From Candidatus Syntropharchaeum caldarium (lineage in GTDB: Archaea > Halobacteriota > Syntropharchaeia > Syntropharchaeales > Syntropharchaeaceae): a stretch of DNA of 32,000 bases. Every line of letters starts with the position of its first letter. The stretch's first letter is position 1. Under the pieces are notes generated by a model. The model had not been told where the DNA came from. It saw only the letters and a program-made list of their open reading frames with translations, and did not search any database. The DNA lies in contig LYOS01000002.1 in assembly GCA_001766815.1 (NCBI GenBank), forward strand, positions 378,802 to 410,801, in the 5' to 3' direction. Of this stretch, positions 16,036 through 25,700 are shown piece by piece. Both the position numbers and the translations under genes were made by a program.

Positions 16036-17016
16036 TTAGAACGGCGGATAAATAACCCCCTCCTCCGTAACAATCGCAGAGACAAGCTCAAGCGGTGTAG
16101 CATCAAATGCAAAGTTCAAAACATCAACTCCATCAGGGGCGTTCTTGATTCCCTTGAAGTATCGAAGCTCATCCCCATCTCGCTCTTCAACCTTTATATC
16201 TGCTTCTGTGTGATTAAGATCGAATGTGGACATTGGTGCTGCAACATAGAACGGTATGCCGTGATGCTTTGCATTTACAGCATGTGAGTATGTCCCGATC
16301 TTGTTAAATACCGCATCTTTGACGATTCTGTCCGCACCAACGATCACCTTGTCGATCATCCCACGTTGCATGAGATATGCGGCAGATGAGTCGGTTATGA
16401 GCGTGACAGGTATTTTATCTTCCATAAGTTCCCATGCCGTGATCCTTGAGCCCTGATTGAGCGGACGGGTCTCACATGCTACGACCTCCACATGCTTTCC
16501 CTCCTCAAAGCACGATCTTATAACACCAAGTGCAGTCCCCCAGTCAACACAGGCAAGCCTCCCAGCGTTACAGTGTGTTAGAACCCTCTCCCCATCCTTG
16601 AAGAGTTTAGCGCCATGTTTCCCAATCGCTCGATTGACCTCTACATCCTCCTCTGCCATTCTTTTTGCAAGATCAAGTGATCTCTCCCGTGCTTCACCGA
16701 CAGACTCACAATCTTCAACCGCAGCAAGTACACGCTCAACCGCCCACTGTAGGTTAACCGCGGTTGGTCTCGCATTTTTAAGCTCTTCACACTTCTTAAG
16801 AGCTTCTTCTATCGTGGTAGAGGTCTTGAAAGATAGAACAACCCCAAACGCAGCTGCAACACCAATTGCCGGAGCCCCCCGAACAGCAAGTGTCCTGATT
16901 GCATGAATAAGCTCATCAACCGTATTACAGAGAAGAAGATCAGGTGTATCTGGAAGCATACGCTGATCAATGAGTGTCACAGCCTCTTTTTGATCATCCC
17001 ACGCGATTGTCTGCAT
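16036..17016 (-). CDS. mtnA: S-methyl-5-thioribose-1-phosphate isomerase (MtnA / aIF-2B-like family)
   Basis: It has the N-terminal TLIDQRMLP motif, RGAPAIGVAAAFG, and VGADRI...NKIGTY. The full length is 326 aa. Confidence 0.85.
   Translation of the reverse strand: MQTIAWDDQKEAVTLIDQRMLPDTPDLLLCNTVDELIHAIRTLAVRGAPAIGVAAAFGVVLSFKTSTTIEEALKKCEELKNARPTAVNLQWAVERVLAAVEDCESVGEARERSLDLAKRMAEEDVEVNRAIGKHGAKLFKDGERVLTHCNAGRLACVDWGTALGVIRSCFEEGKHVEVVACETRPLNQGSRITAWELMEDKIPVTLITDSSAAYLMQRGMIDKVIVGADRIVKDAVFNKIGTYSHAVNAKHHGIPFYVAAPMSTFDLNHTEADIKVEERDGDELRYFKGIKNAPDGVDVLNFAFDATPLELVSAIVTEEGVIYPPF
16051..16479. repeat. direct repeat copy B (functional mtnA 3' end), partner of 11010-11438
   Basis: See copy A. 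Homology ends at ...gggtctcacatgc on the gene-internal side, and within 1-3 nt of the ruvC ATG position on the other side. Confidence 0.85.
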
Positions 17017-17019
17017 AAA

Positions 17020-17940
17020 TTACCCACGCCAGACTGACTTAAGCTCATTGCCGATCCTCTCTGCCGCAGAGATTGCACCATCACGAGATACAGTCTTTTT
17101 GATATGTGATAAAACACCTCCATCATCGGTTAAAATCTCAGCAATGATCGTGATCCCTGAATCCTCTTCTGCCTCTGCGTATACACCGATCGGAACTTTG
17201 CACCCTGCACCAAGTATCTCGATGATCCTTCGCTCCAGGATTGTAACAAGCCTCGTCTCCGGGTCATCGAGCTGTGATACTATCTCAGATGCCGATGTCT
17301 GGGTTTTTGCAACGACCGCGATCGTTCCCTGGTTTGCAGATGGGACAAACCGTTCTGGATCAAGCCGCTCAAAGCCCAGATCAAATTTCCCATCAATCCA
17401 CCCCATGCGCTCAAATCCCGCCTCTGCAAGGAGTATTGCATCATAATCTCCACGAATGAGCTTTTTAACTCTCGTATCGATATTTCCACGTATATCCTCA
17501 AGTTTCAGATCCTTTCGTTCTCGCATAATCTGGCAACGCCGCCTCATACTCGATGTTCCGATGACAGAGCCTGCTGGAAGCTCAGATAATCTTGAGCCAT
17601 CACGTGTCACAAGAAGATCACACGGCGAGTCTCTGGGAAGAATTGCAGCAATCTCAAGCCCGCGAGGTCTTTCTGTTGGTATATCCTTCATCGAGTGGAC
17701 AGCGATATCGATCTCACCTCGCAGCATCACATCATCAAGCTCTCTCACGAATGTTCCAAAACCCTGAAACTCGAATAGCGGTTTATCCTGAATTACATCA
17801 CCAGATGTCTTCACAATCTTTCTTGAAAACTCAAACCCCATCTCTGAGAGCATAGCCTCAACGATCTCGGTTTGACGGACTGCAAGCGCACTCCCCCGTG
17901 TCCCGATTATGATTTTATCAGACTGCAAGCTCGTCACCAA
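17020..17940 (-). CDS. hemC: porphobilinogen deaminase (hydroxymethylbilane synthase)
   Basis: [17 protein letters not shown] and the cofactor-binding GAGCKVPIG are present. The length is 306 aa. Confidence 0.9.
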   Translation of the reverse strand: MVTSLQSDKIIIGTRGSALAVRQTEIVEAMLSEMGFEFSRKIVKTSGDVIQDKPLFEFQGFGTFVRELDDVMLRGEIDIAVHSMKDIPTERPRGLEIAAILPRDSPCDLLVTRDGSRLSELPAGSVIGTSSMRRRCQIMRERKDLKLEDIRGNIDTRVKKLIRGDYDAILLAEAGFERMGWIDGKFDLGFERLDPERFVPSANQGTIAVVAKTQTSASEIVSQLDDPETRLVTILERRIIEILGAGCKVPIGVYAEAEEDSGITIIAEILTDDGGVLSHIKKTVSRDGAISAAERIGNELKSVWRG

Positions 17941-19189
17941 AGGTTGCGATTGTGGTATCTATATCCTCCTCACTGTGTGCAAATGAGATGAAGTTCGTCT
18001 CAAACTGCGATGGTGGAAGGAATATGCCATGCTTAAGCATTCTACCAAAAAACTTGAAATATCCTTCTTTATCACATTTGAGAGCCTCAGTGTAGTTTGA
18101 TGGAAGTTCTCCAAAGAAGACAATGAACATCGATCCAATCCCACCAACTGCATAGTCGAGGCCTGCATCATGGATGATCTCGGCTAAAGCATTTCTCAAT
18201 CGTTCACCACGTGCATTTATCACACGGTGAACATCCTCCTTTACAAGTGTCTCGATCGTGGCGATCCCAGCTGCAAGTGATAGAGGGTTGCCATTGAATG
18301 TTCCAGCCTGATAAACCTTTCCCTGTGGTGATACGTTCTCCATAATATCGCGTCTTCCACCAACGACTCCTATAGGAATGCCGCCCCCAATAACCTTGCC
18401 GAGCGTTGTCATATCTGGCTTAACCCCGAAGTATTCCTGTGCACCGCCCATAGCAAGCCTGAAGCCCGTTATGACTTCATCAAATATCAGGAGTATATCG
18501 TTTTCTGCTGTTACAGCCCTGACCTCTTCAAGATACCCTTTTTCTGGTGTGATTGTGCCGATATTACCAAGCACTGGCTCCATAATAAGTGCCGCAATTT
18601 CGCCCTTATTTGCCTCTATCAGGCTCACAAGTGATTCGATGTCGTTGTATGGAACCTGTAGTGTATTCTTTGTAAAATCTCGTGGCACACCGAGCGAATC
18701 GGGTACACCATGGGTTGTAGCTCCTGATCCAGCCTTAACAAGGCACGCATCATGTGCCCCATGAAACCCACCTTCGATTTTTATGAACTTATCCAGCCCT
18801 GTAAATCCCCTTGCAACACGAATGGCTGCCATTGTAGCCTCTGTCCCTGTATTTACAAATCGCATCATCTCAATAGCGGGAAAATACCGATTGATCTTCT
18901 CAGAAAGCTCAACTTCAAGCTCACAGGGTGTTCCGTAGAGCCAGCCATCATCAAGCTGACGTTTCAGCGCTTCTTTGATTGCAGGATAACTGTGCCCAAG
19001 TATCAATGGACCATAACCCATGCAGTAGTCGATATACTCGTTTCCATCAACGTCCATGATCCTTGAACCATGGGCAGACTTTGTGTAAAACGGATATGGC
19101 TTTATCGCACGAACAGGGCTTGAAACGCCACCAGGAATGAAGTTTTTTGCCTTTTCAAATAACTCAATCGATCTTTTCATTTCATCCAT
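17918..19189 (-). CDS. hemL: glutamate-1-semialdehyde 2,1-aminomutase
   Basis: [20 protein letters not shown] and the PLP-Lys in TLGKVIGGG are present. The length is 423 aa. An alternative ATG at 19180 would abut the kae1 stop. Confidence 0.95.
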   Translation of the reverse strand: MDEMKRSIELFEKAKNFIPGGVSSPVRAIKPYPFYTKSAHGSRIMDVDGNEYIDYCMGYGPLILGHSYPAIKEALKRQLDDGWLYGTPCELEVELSEKINRYFPAIEMMRFVNTGTEATMAAIRVARGFTGLDKFIKIEGGFHGAHDACLVKAGSGATTHGVPDSLGVPRDFTKNTLQVPYNDIESLVSLIEANKGEIAALIMEPVLGNIGTITPEKGYLEEVRAVTAENDILLIFDEVITGFRLAMGGAQEYFGVKPDMTTLGKVIGGGIPIGVVGGRRDIMENVSPQGKVYQAGTFNGNPLSLAAGIATIETLVKEDVHRVINARGERLRNALAEIIHDAGLDYAVGGIGSMFIVFFGELPSNYTEALKCDKEGYFKFFGRMLKHGIFLPPSQFETNFISFAHSEEDIDTTIATFGDELAV

Positions 19190-20166
19190 ACTATATCAAC
19201 CTCATCAGGTCTGTAATCAGGTATGACCTTGGACTCCTCGATCTGGAGGGTTTTTCCAGCCGACAGAAGGAGATGGCCTGTATATGCTATCATGATACCG
19301 TTATCCTTCAAAACATTTTTCGGGGGGACGGAGAATGCTGCACCCCGTGCCATACACATATCCTCAACCATCTCTGCGAGTCGCCTGTTTGCACCAACCC
19401 CGCCGACAAGCAGCACCTCATCCTTCTCACAGTGGGCAAGTGCACGCTCAGTGACCTCTGTGAGCATCGCAAATGCGGTCTCCTGAAGACTGTAACATAC
19501 ATCCTCAAGTGGATTTTTCCTTGTAGCATTGATTGCAGCAGTTGTGAGACCTGAAAACGAAAAATCCATTCCTTTAACAACGTACGGGAGTGGTATATAC
19601 CTTCTTGAAGTTGATGCAAACACCTCAATCTTCGGACCTCCAGGATGGCTCAATCCAACTCCACGAGCGAACTTATCAAGCGCGTTCCCTATTCCGATAT
19701 CGAGTGTCTCACCAAAGATCCTGTACCTTCCAGCCCTGTATGCAAGAACCTGTGAGTTTGCACCACTGACATAGAGTGTCACAGGATCTTTGAGATCGCA
19801 TAACCATTTCCCAACCTCGATATGCGCGATGCAGTGATTGACACCTAAAAGTGGGATTCCAAGCTTGATCGAGAGTGTGCGTGCTGCGGTTGCAACCGTC
19901 CTGAGACATGGTCCCATACCAGGTCCCTGTGAAAATGCGATTCCATCAAGATCTGCTGGAGTGATGCCTTTTGCTGATGCTTTCTCAAATACTTCTTTTA
20001 TCACAGCCTTTATCTCTGCTGCATGGTGCTGGGCTGCTTCTCTTGGATGGATGCCACTACCTTCACCGGGTACGTAGGTCGACTCTGCTTCTGCGATAAT
20101 TTCTGTTTCTGATATGATCCCTGCAGATAGATTCCACGCAGTGCCCTCAATGCCGAGTATGAGCAT
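19177..20166 (-). CDS. kae1: tRNA N6-adenosine threonylcarbamoyltransferase Kae1 (stand-alone, no Bud32 fusion)
   Basis: [10 protein letters not shown], the metal site [10 protein letters not shown], and SGANSQV are present. The ATG at 20166 (MLILGIEG) is preferred over the ORF-track start at 20253, which would overlap the upstream gene. Confidence 0.9.
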   Translation of the reverse strand: MLILGIEGTAWNLSAGIISETEIIAEAESTYVPGEGSGIHPREAAQHHAAEIKAVIKEVFEKASAKGITPADLDGIAFSQGPGMGPCLRTVATAARTLSIKLGIPLLGVNHCIAHIEVGKWLCDLKDPVTLYVSGANSQVLAYRAGRYRIFGETLDIGIGNALDKFARGVGLSHPGGPKIEVFASTSRRYIPLPYVVKGMDFSFSGLTTAAINATRKNPLEDVCYSLQETAFAMLTEVTERALAHCEKDEVLLVGGVGANRRLAEMVEDMCMARGAAFSVPPKNVLKDNGIMIAYTGHLLLSAGKTLQIEESKVIPDYRPDEVDIVWMK

Positions 20167-20189
20167 CAGGATAGATATATCACGCGGGC

Positions 20190-20213
20190 TTAAAGAATCT
20201 TCGTATCGAAGAT
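20190..20213 (-). terminator. possible transcript-end hairpin after the 801-aa gene
   Basis: A perfect 7-bp stem with a 3-nt loop, atcttcg-ata-cgaagat on the minus-strand transcript (20197-20213), is followed on that strand by TCTTTAA. It lies in the 64-nt gap between the 801-aa gene stop and the kae1 start. Archaeal terminators are poorly defined, so confidence is low. Confidence 0.3.
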
Positions 20214-20230
20214 GATCACTTCCGCGAAGC

Positions 20231-22636
20231 TTACCCACAGCACCCAATCTCATACGTCGCAGGGTTGTTGACGTGGTTCAGTAATAGAATCACATCACCC
20301 ATATCTACAGAGCCATCGCAGTTTACATCCCCTCCATCGAGTGGTTCATCCGATAAATCCCCAACATATTCAAGTAAGAGGATGACATCATCAATATCGA
20401 CCGTACCATCACCGTCGAGGTCGCCATCTTCTGAGCCGATATAGCTCTCAAACCTCTCCACCAGCGGATAATAATCCTTATCACCATCTATGCTATAAGC
20501 AGTATCGCCAATTCCATCCCCATCAGCATCGCTTCCTTTGTAATCGCTCCAGTAGTTTCCAAGATAGTTTGTGTAGGTGTCGCCATTGTAGGTATAGGTT
20601 ATTTTCTCGGTGGAGTTCCAGATGTTTGTTGAAGAGAGAGAATAAACGTTATCTGTGTTATTTATGAAGTTGTTGAGGTAGATGTTATTGTTGCTGGAAT
20701 ATTCGAGGTAGATTCCATCATCGTTGTTCGAGGCATTGTTGTTATAGATAGTATTGTTGCTGCTGGAATACCACAGCTCGATGCCATCGCCGTTGTTCGA
20801 GACATTGTTGTTATAGATAGTATTGTTGCTGGAACCCTTCAGCTTGATGCCCCAACCGTTGTTCGAGTTTGCGGTGTTGTTATAGATTTTGTTGCTGCTG
20901 GAATACCACAGCTCGATGCCATCGCCGTTGTTCGAGGCGTTGTTGTTATAGATAGTATTGTTGCTGCTGGAATCCCATAGACAGATGCCATTATGGTTGT
21001 TCGAGTTTGCGGTGTTGTTAATTAGAGTGTTATTGCTGGAAGAGTAGAGATAGATTCCATTCCAGTTGTTCGAGCTTACAATATTGTTTGCTATGATGTT
21101 GTTGTTGCTGGAATAACCCAGACGGATGCCACAACCGTTGTTCGATGCGTTGTTGTTATAGATAGTATTGTTGTCGCTGGAATCCCATAGACAGATGCCA
21201 TTATGGTTGTTCGAGTTTGCGGTGTTGTTATAGATTTTGTTATTGCTGGAATACCCCAGCTCGATGCCATCGCCGTTGTTCGAGTTTGCGGTGTTGTTTT
21301 TAATAATATTATGCGATGAGAATCCTAATTGAACTCCTACAGCTGTATTGCTAATATTTAGATTCTCTATTCTCATTCCCGTACAGTTGGCAAGAATGAC
21401 CTGCCCTGCATCCTCGGGAACCTTACCTCCAATCTTGTTCTTAAAATAATAAAGAGGTTTACCATTGACAATGTTGCCTTCTATTGTATGAGTGTTCCAG
21501 TGTTGTAGTTGAGAACCCCCAATGACAATGCCATCACTATTCATTACGTTGTTGGTGATGCTGTTGTTGCTGGAAAACCACAGAGCGATGCTATCTCCGT
21601 TGTTCGAGTTTACGATGTTGTTATAGATATTGTTGCTGCTCGAAGAATACAGGAAGATTCCATCCCAGTTGTTCGAGCTTACGGTGTTGTTATAGATAGT
21701 ATTATTGCTGGAATCCCCCAGATAGATGCCCCACTCGTTGTTCGAGTTTACGATGTTGTTATAGATGGTGTTGTTACTGGAAGAAGACAGATGGATGCCA
21801 TCTTCGTTGTAGTTGTTCGAGGCGGTGTTGTTATAGATAGTATTATTGCTGGAATCCCCCAGATAGATGCCCCACTCGTTGTTCGAGTTTACGATGTTGT
21901 TATAGATGGTGTTGTTGCTGGAATACCACAGCTCGATGCCATCTTCGTTGTTCGAGGCGTTGTTGTTATAGATAGTATTGTTGTTGCTGGAAGAGTAGAG
22001 GTAGATTCCATCGTGGTTGTTCGAGCTTACGATATTGTTTGCAAGGGTGTTGTTGCTGGAAGAGTGGAGGTAGATTCCATAGTAGTTGTTCGAGCTTACG
22101 GTGTTGTTTGCTATGATGTTGTTGTTGCTGGAATAACCCAGACAGATGCCATAATCGTTGTTCGAGACGGTGTTGTTATAGATTTTATTGTTGTTAGAAT
22201 CCCACAGAAAGGTGCCATACCGGTTGTTCGTGATGCTGTTACAGGCGATTTTATTAGCGTTTGAAACTACATTTATCCCTGCATTTGGCCAACTACCTAA
22301 GTTTCTTACAGTGAATCCTTCAATCGTAATTCCATCTGCATTTAATGTAATTACATTGCCACTGCCTCCACCATCCACGATACAATTAGCAGAGCCGTTT
22401 TCTGATTTGATGGTCAATTGTTTATTCACTATCACGTTCTCGTAATATGTTCCATCCCTTACAACAATCGTATCCCCAGCGGATGCATTATCCACAGCCC
22501 ATTGAATTTTTGCGTAGTTGTCGGGCACGTAGATCGTTGTTGCAGACGCCAGCGCCACACTCACACCCACGAAAGCACAAAGTAGCACAAATGCCACACA
22601 CATTCCAAACGCGAGATATTTTATATCTTTATTCAT
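20231..22636 (-). CDS. secreted Asn-rich right-handed parallel beta-helix (NosD/CASH-like) protein with C-terminal dockerin
   Basis: After a signal peptide (MNKDIKYLAFGMCVAFVLLCAFVGVSVALA) come more than 25 rungs of the ~22-24-aa coil N-N-x-I-x-x-N-x-x-x-G-I-x-L-x-x-S-S-N-N. A cap module follows ([26 protein letters not shown]...[15 protein letters not shown]), then the dockerin. Confidence 0.85.
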   Translation of the reverse strand: MNKDIKYLAFGMCVAFVLLCAFVGVSVALASATTIYVPDNYAKIQWAVDNASAGDTIVVRDGTYYENVIVNKQLTIKSENGSANCIVDGGGSGNVITLNADGITIEGFTVRNLGSWPNAGINVVSNANKIACNSITNNRYGTFLWDSNNNKIYNNTVSNNDYGICLGYSSNNNIIANNTVSSNNYYGIYLHSSSNNTLANNIVSSNNHDGIYLYSSSNNNTIYNNNASNNEDGIELWYSSNNTIYNNIVNSNNEWGIYLGDSSNNTIYNNTASNNYNEDGIHLSSSSNNTIYNNIVNSNNEWGIYLGDSSNNTIYNNTVSSNNWDGIFLYSSSSNNIYNNIVNSNNGDSIALWFSSNNSITNNVMNSDGIVIGGSQLQHWNTHTIEGNIVNGKPLYYFKNKIGGKVPEDAGQVILANCTGMRIENLNISNTAVGVQLGFSSHNIIKNNTANSNNGDGIELGYSSNNKIYNNTANSNNHNGICLWDSSDNNTIYNNNASNNGCGIRLGYSSNNNIIANNIVSSNNWNGIYLYSSSNNTLINNTANSNNHNGICLWDSSSNNTIYNNNASNNGDGIELWYSSSNKIYNNTANSNNGWGIKLKGSSNNTIYNNNVSNNGDGIELWYSSSNNTIYNNNASNNDDGIYLEYSSNNNIYLNNFINNTDNVYSLSSTNIWNSTEKITYTYNGDTYTNYLGNYWSDYKGSDADGDGIGDTAYSIDGDKDYYPLVERFESYIGSEDGDLDGDGTVDIDDVILLLEYVGDLSDEPLDGGDVNCDGSVDMGDVILLLNHVNNPATYEIGCCG
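20234..20425 (-). other. dockerin module (two F-hand repeats) of the 801-aa protein
   Basis: The sequence is GDLDGDGTVDIDDVILLLEYV ... [32 protein letters not shown]. Confidence 0.7.
20925..21230. repeat. intragenic tandem duplication, period 210 nt (three beta-helix rungs)
   Basis: 20925-21020 and 21135-21230 are about 96 nt each with about 3 mismatches. They encode [29 protein letters not shown]. Confidence 0.8.
21683..21916. repeat. intragenic tandem duplication, period 141 nt (two beta-helix rungs)
   Basis: 21683-21775 and 21824-21916 are 93 nt each and identical by my reading. They encode [31 protein letters not shown]. Confidence 0.8.
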
Positions 22637-22755
22637 TCCAATCGCCTCTTTTCTACATCTATTTTGAGTATATCGATCTGATCAAAAGTAAAACTGAAAT
22701 CACCTCATACATACACTCCTCCAAATTCTGTGCATGCCCCAAATATAAACTTAAC
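22637..22755 (-). promoter_or_regulatory. conserved promoter/5' leader module of the 801-aa gene (twin of 30629-30750)
   Basis: The coding strand reads cgTTAAGTTTATATTTggggcatgcacagaatttGGAGGAGtgtATG..., with the TATA box at 22741-22749. A 17-codon uORF, MYEVISVLLLIRSIYSK*, occupies 22659-22712. A purine-rich aaaagagg lies before the main ATG. Confidence 0.5.
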
Positions 22756-22780
22756 GAGTGGGGTAGAATGCCAACCATCA

Positions 22781-25700
22781 TCACCTCTTATCACAGCAAT
22801 CAAGCTTATACTTCACCGGATCACCCATATAATTCAACAACAATATCACATCACCCACGTTAACAGAGCCATCGCAGTTTACATCTTCATCTATCTGGTA
22901 TTCTGCATGGTTTCCGACGTGGTCAAGGAGCAGGTAGAGATCGGTCATATCAATCGTGCCATCTGAGTTGAGATCGCCACATCTCACCAATACATTCTTT
23001 GTTGTTGAGCTGGTCAGGCCATCGTTATCTGTTACGGTTAGCGTTACCTCATAACTACCTGCTTCTGAGTAGGAATGGGTTATAACAGGATCTGGCGTGG
23101 TTGTGGTGTTACCATCGCCGAAGTTCCAGGTGTAATTCATGATGTTCCCGTCCGGATCGTAAGAAGCAGAGGCGTTGAAGGTTATAGTATCATCTACCGT
23201 TGGAGATTGAGGAGTGAAGAAGAAGTCTGCTGTGGGAGCAGAAAGGTTGCTGTCAATATTCCCATCTCCATCGTAATCCACTTCGACATAATCGGTAGTT
23301 AAATCTGCATAGACCGTAGAATTGTTTGTTAATATCAAGGGTATGGTTTTGTTCTCTATTGCACCATCCTTAACTCCATTAATTCGAAGCTGGACATTAC
23401 CCTCTCCACTAATGTTGATACTACTTCCGTTAACATCAGCCACTATTTTATTATCCGACACTACTGTCAGACTCCTGTTAAAGTTAACAGAGGTTATAAC
23501 TAGGGGGTCAAGTGTACCTGGTATCTCCTGCGTTTCTACAGTTGTCTCCAAACTGATAGGGTGGGCTACGATATAAACAGTATCTGCTACGTTCCCATTC
23601 ACTTTTCTGTATTCCATAAACCCATAGGAATAATCGATATCAGTTACATACTGCGTTGAATCGAAGTATCCTGTGCATTCATCACTCTTACAATCCGATG
23701 TTGAAATTTCAATTGGATTGGAGCAAGCAAGAACTGTGTAGTTCGTGATTAATCCTTCATGTTCTGAGGGTTCACCTGTGGGCGATAACCATGGCCAAGT
23801 GAAGGAACCCCACCAAGTGAACGTCTCAGGTACTGAGAATTCATTTAGGGTGTCATATTTACCATAAGGGGGATCTATATCTCCAGTTTCTGAATTGTAA
23901 TATAAATGACTAAATTCCAATTGAACTCTATTTTTATCTCCAGACAGTGAATTGCTATTGGGGTCATATATGTAAAATTCAATATGGTCACCCTCTTCAT
24001 AGTATCCAAAAGCCAATACAGAATGACCTGGACTCGAGCTATTTGTATCGTTTATTGATATGAGAACAGGATGACCATCTTTTATTCTATTCTTAGCAGT
24101 ATCCACATTGAAAGAGCGTTTTTTTCCTGCAATTTGATGCATTATAATTGAAAAGATTACGTTATCCATTGGGGTTATCTCTTTACCTCTGAATGTATCT
24201 CTCTTAATTTGGCCTGTTTCGGGGTCCCAGTAACCACAATTTGAATTTTCGCATGCAGGGACATATTCCGGAACATAATCCAAGAGATGTGTAAAGTCAA
24301 GCGGGTTTGGTGCTATATATTCAGTATCAGATGAGTATGGATACAAGCCTTTATTCCCATAATATAGTATCGATGTTGAGGTCATTCCAAAGCAAATCCC
24401 CTTGCTCTCTCTGACACGTCGATTCTCAAAGATGTAAGAATCATTGAATGGATTGAAGTTTGTAAGTCCTTCATCATCATCCCAATTTTTAAGAGCGGGG
24501 CTAATTGTGAGTTGATTTTCTAAGAATGGAGCATTGAACCAGAATTCGAAGGTGTGATGACTTTCAGAATACAACTTATATCTGGTATTCTTATTGCAAG
24601 GAGTAAAGAATTTGTAGTACCATTTGTCTTCAACAACACCTGCATCCGAGATTTCCAAATCTGAAGGAGATACAGTCCAGTAATGCAAGTCAACTAGACA
24701 GACATCCATCTCATCTGTAAGTTCTACAATCTCTTTTGTTGATTTTGATAGGTATATGTTCTTAGTTTCTTCATTTCCACCATTTATTACTTTAACTTGA
24801 TAATCACCCCACTCAAGATTATCGAAACATGTACAACCACTTACATTAGTGAATTTTTCGTATAATCTGACCATTCTGGAATCATAAAGTTCTGTTTTAA
24901 CCGATACAACTGGCAAATCATCAGTATCATCCTTTTTGACTACATCTATACAAAGGTTGTATCTAAACATTTCTATCCAACCATAGTTGTCCGTGCAGAT
25001 TTCTCCTCCACCAACAATGTATGCCTTAGCAAGTCCTGTATATGTTTCCTGCTTAGATGGTGTGAAAATAAAAGTGAATGTGCTGTTACCACCCCTCTGA
25101 ACAGTTTCAATGCCACTCTCTTCTTGTAAAACTACTTGCCCGCTCTCATTCTTTATGATGACAGATGCTTTAACATCCACCTCATCAGAAGTAAAGTTAG
25201 AGGGGACTTTGATGGTAACATTAACATCCACTGGATTGTTTACATCTACTTCCTTAGCATTGAATTCCTCAACGTAGGGGTTACACCTGTAGAAATCCTT
25301 CTCAGTTGTATCTCCAGCATTAACAGTTATTCCTGTTATCTGTCCCCAGAATTCCTCCTCTCCATATTCAAATTCGGGATCGTGCCATACGTTGATATAG
25401 TATTCACCAGCTGGAACTAAAAAGGTTACTTTCCCATCATCTACCACCTCTTCTGCAAATGCAGAGGTTTCACCTGCTTTTATCAGTTCAACGATTGTAG
25501 TTCCTTTAACTTCATAAGCTGGATTACCGTTGACATTATAAGTGTTAATAATCAGACTCCCGGTGTCATCTGATGGAAAATAATTCTCAAACCTTTCCAT
25601 CAGCGGGTAGTTGTCCTCATCTGAATCTATGCTGTAAGGCGTGTCTCCGATTCCATAATTGTTTGCGTCCGTTCCAGTATAATCATCCCAGTAGTTGCCG

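Noticed and set aside
20167-20253. N-terminal extensions of kae1 (to 20253), ruvC (to 11071) and the MBL hydrolase (to 1426).
   Set aside because: The extensions overlap neighbouring genes or repeats and lack homology. Conserved N-terminal motifs (ILGIEG, VLGIDPG, MIKII...) begin right after internal ATGs that have better context.
20640-22260. Regularly spaced nucleotide repeats that could be mistaken for a CRISPR array or satellite.
   Set aside because: The periods (141 and 210 nt, with a ~69-nt sub-period) are multiples of 3. They lie inside one long ORF and encode beta-helix rungs. There is no repeat-spacer architecture.
21509-22264. A 251-aa plus-strand ORF (VVIDxVVAG... repeats). Similar plus-strand ORFs lie at 27572-27772 and 27932-28378.
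   Set aside because: These are mirror images of the Asn-rich beta-helix repeats encoded on the minus strand. AAT/AAC-rich codons read antisense as ATT/GTT with few stops. They have no independent start context and they overlap strong genes.
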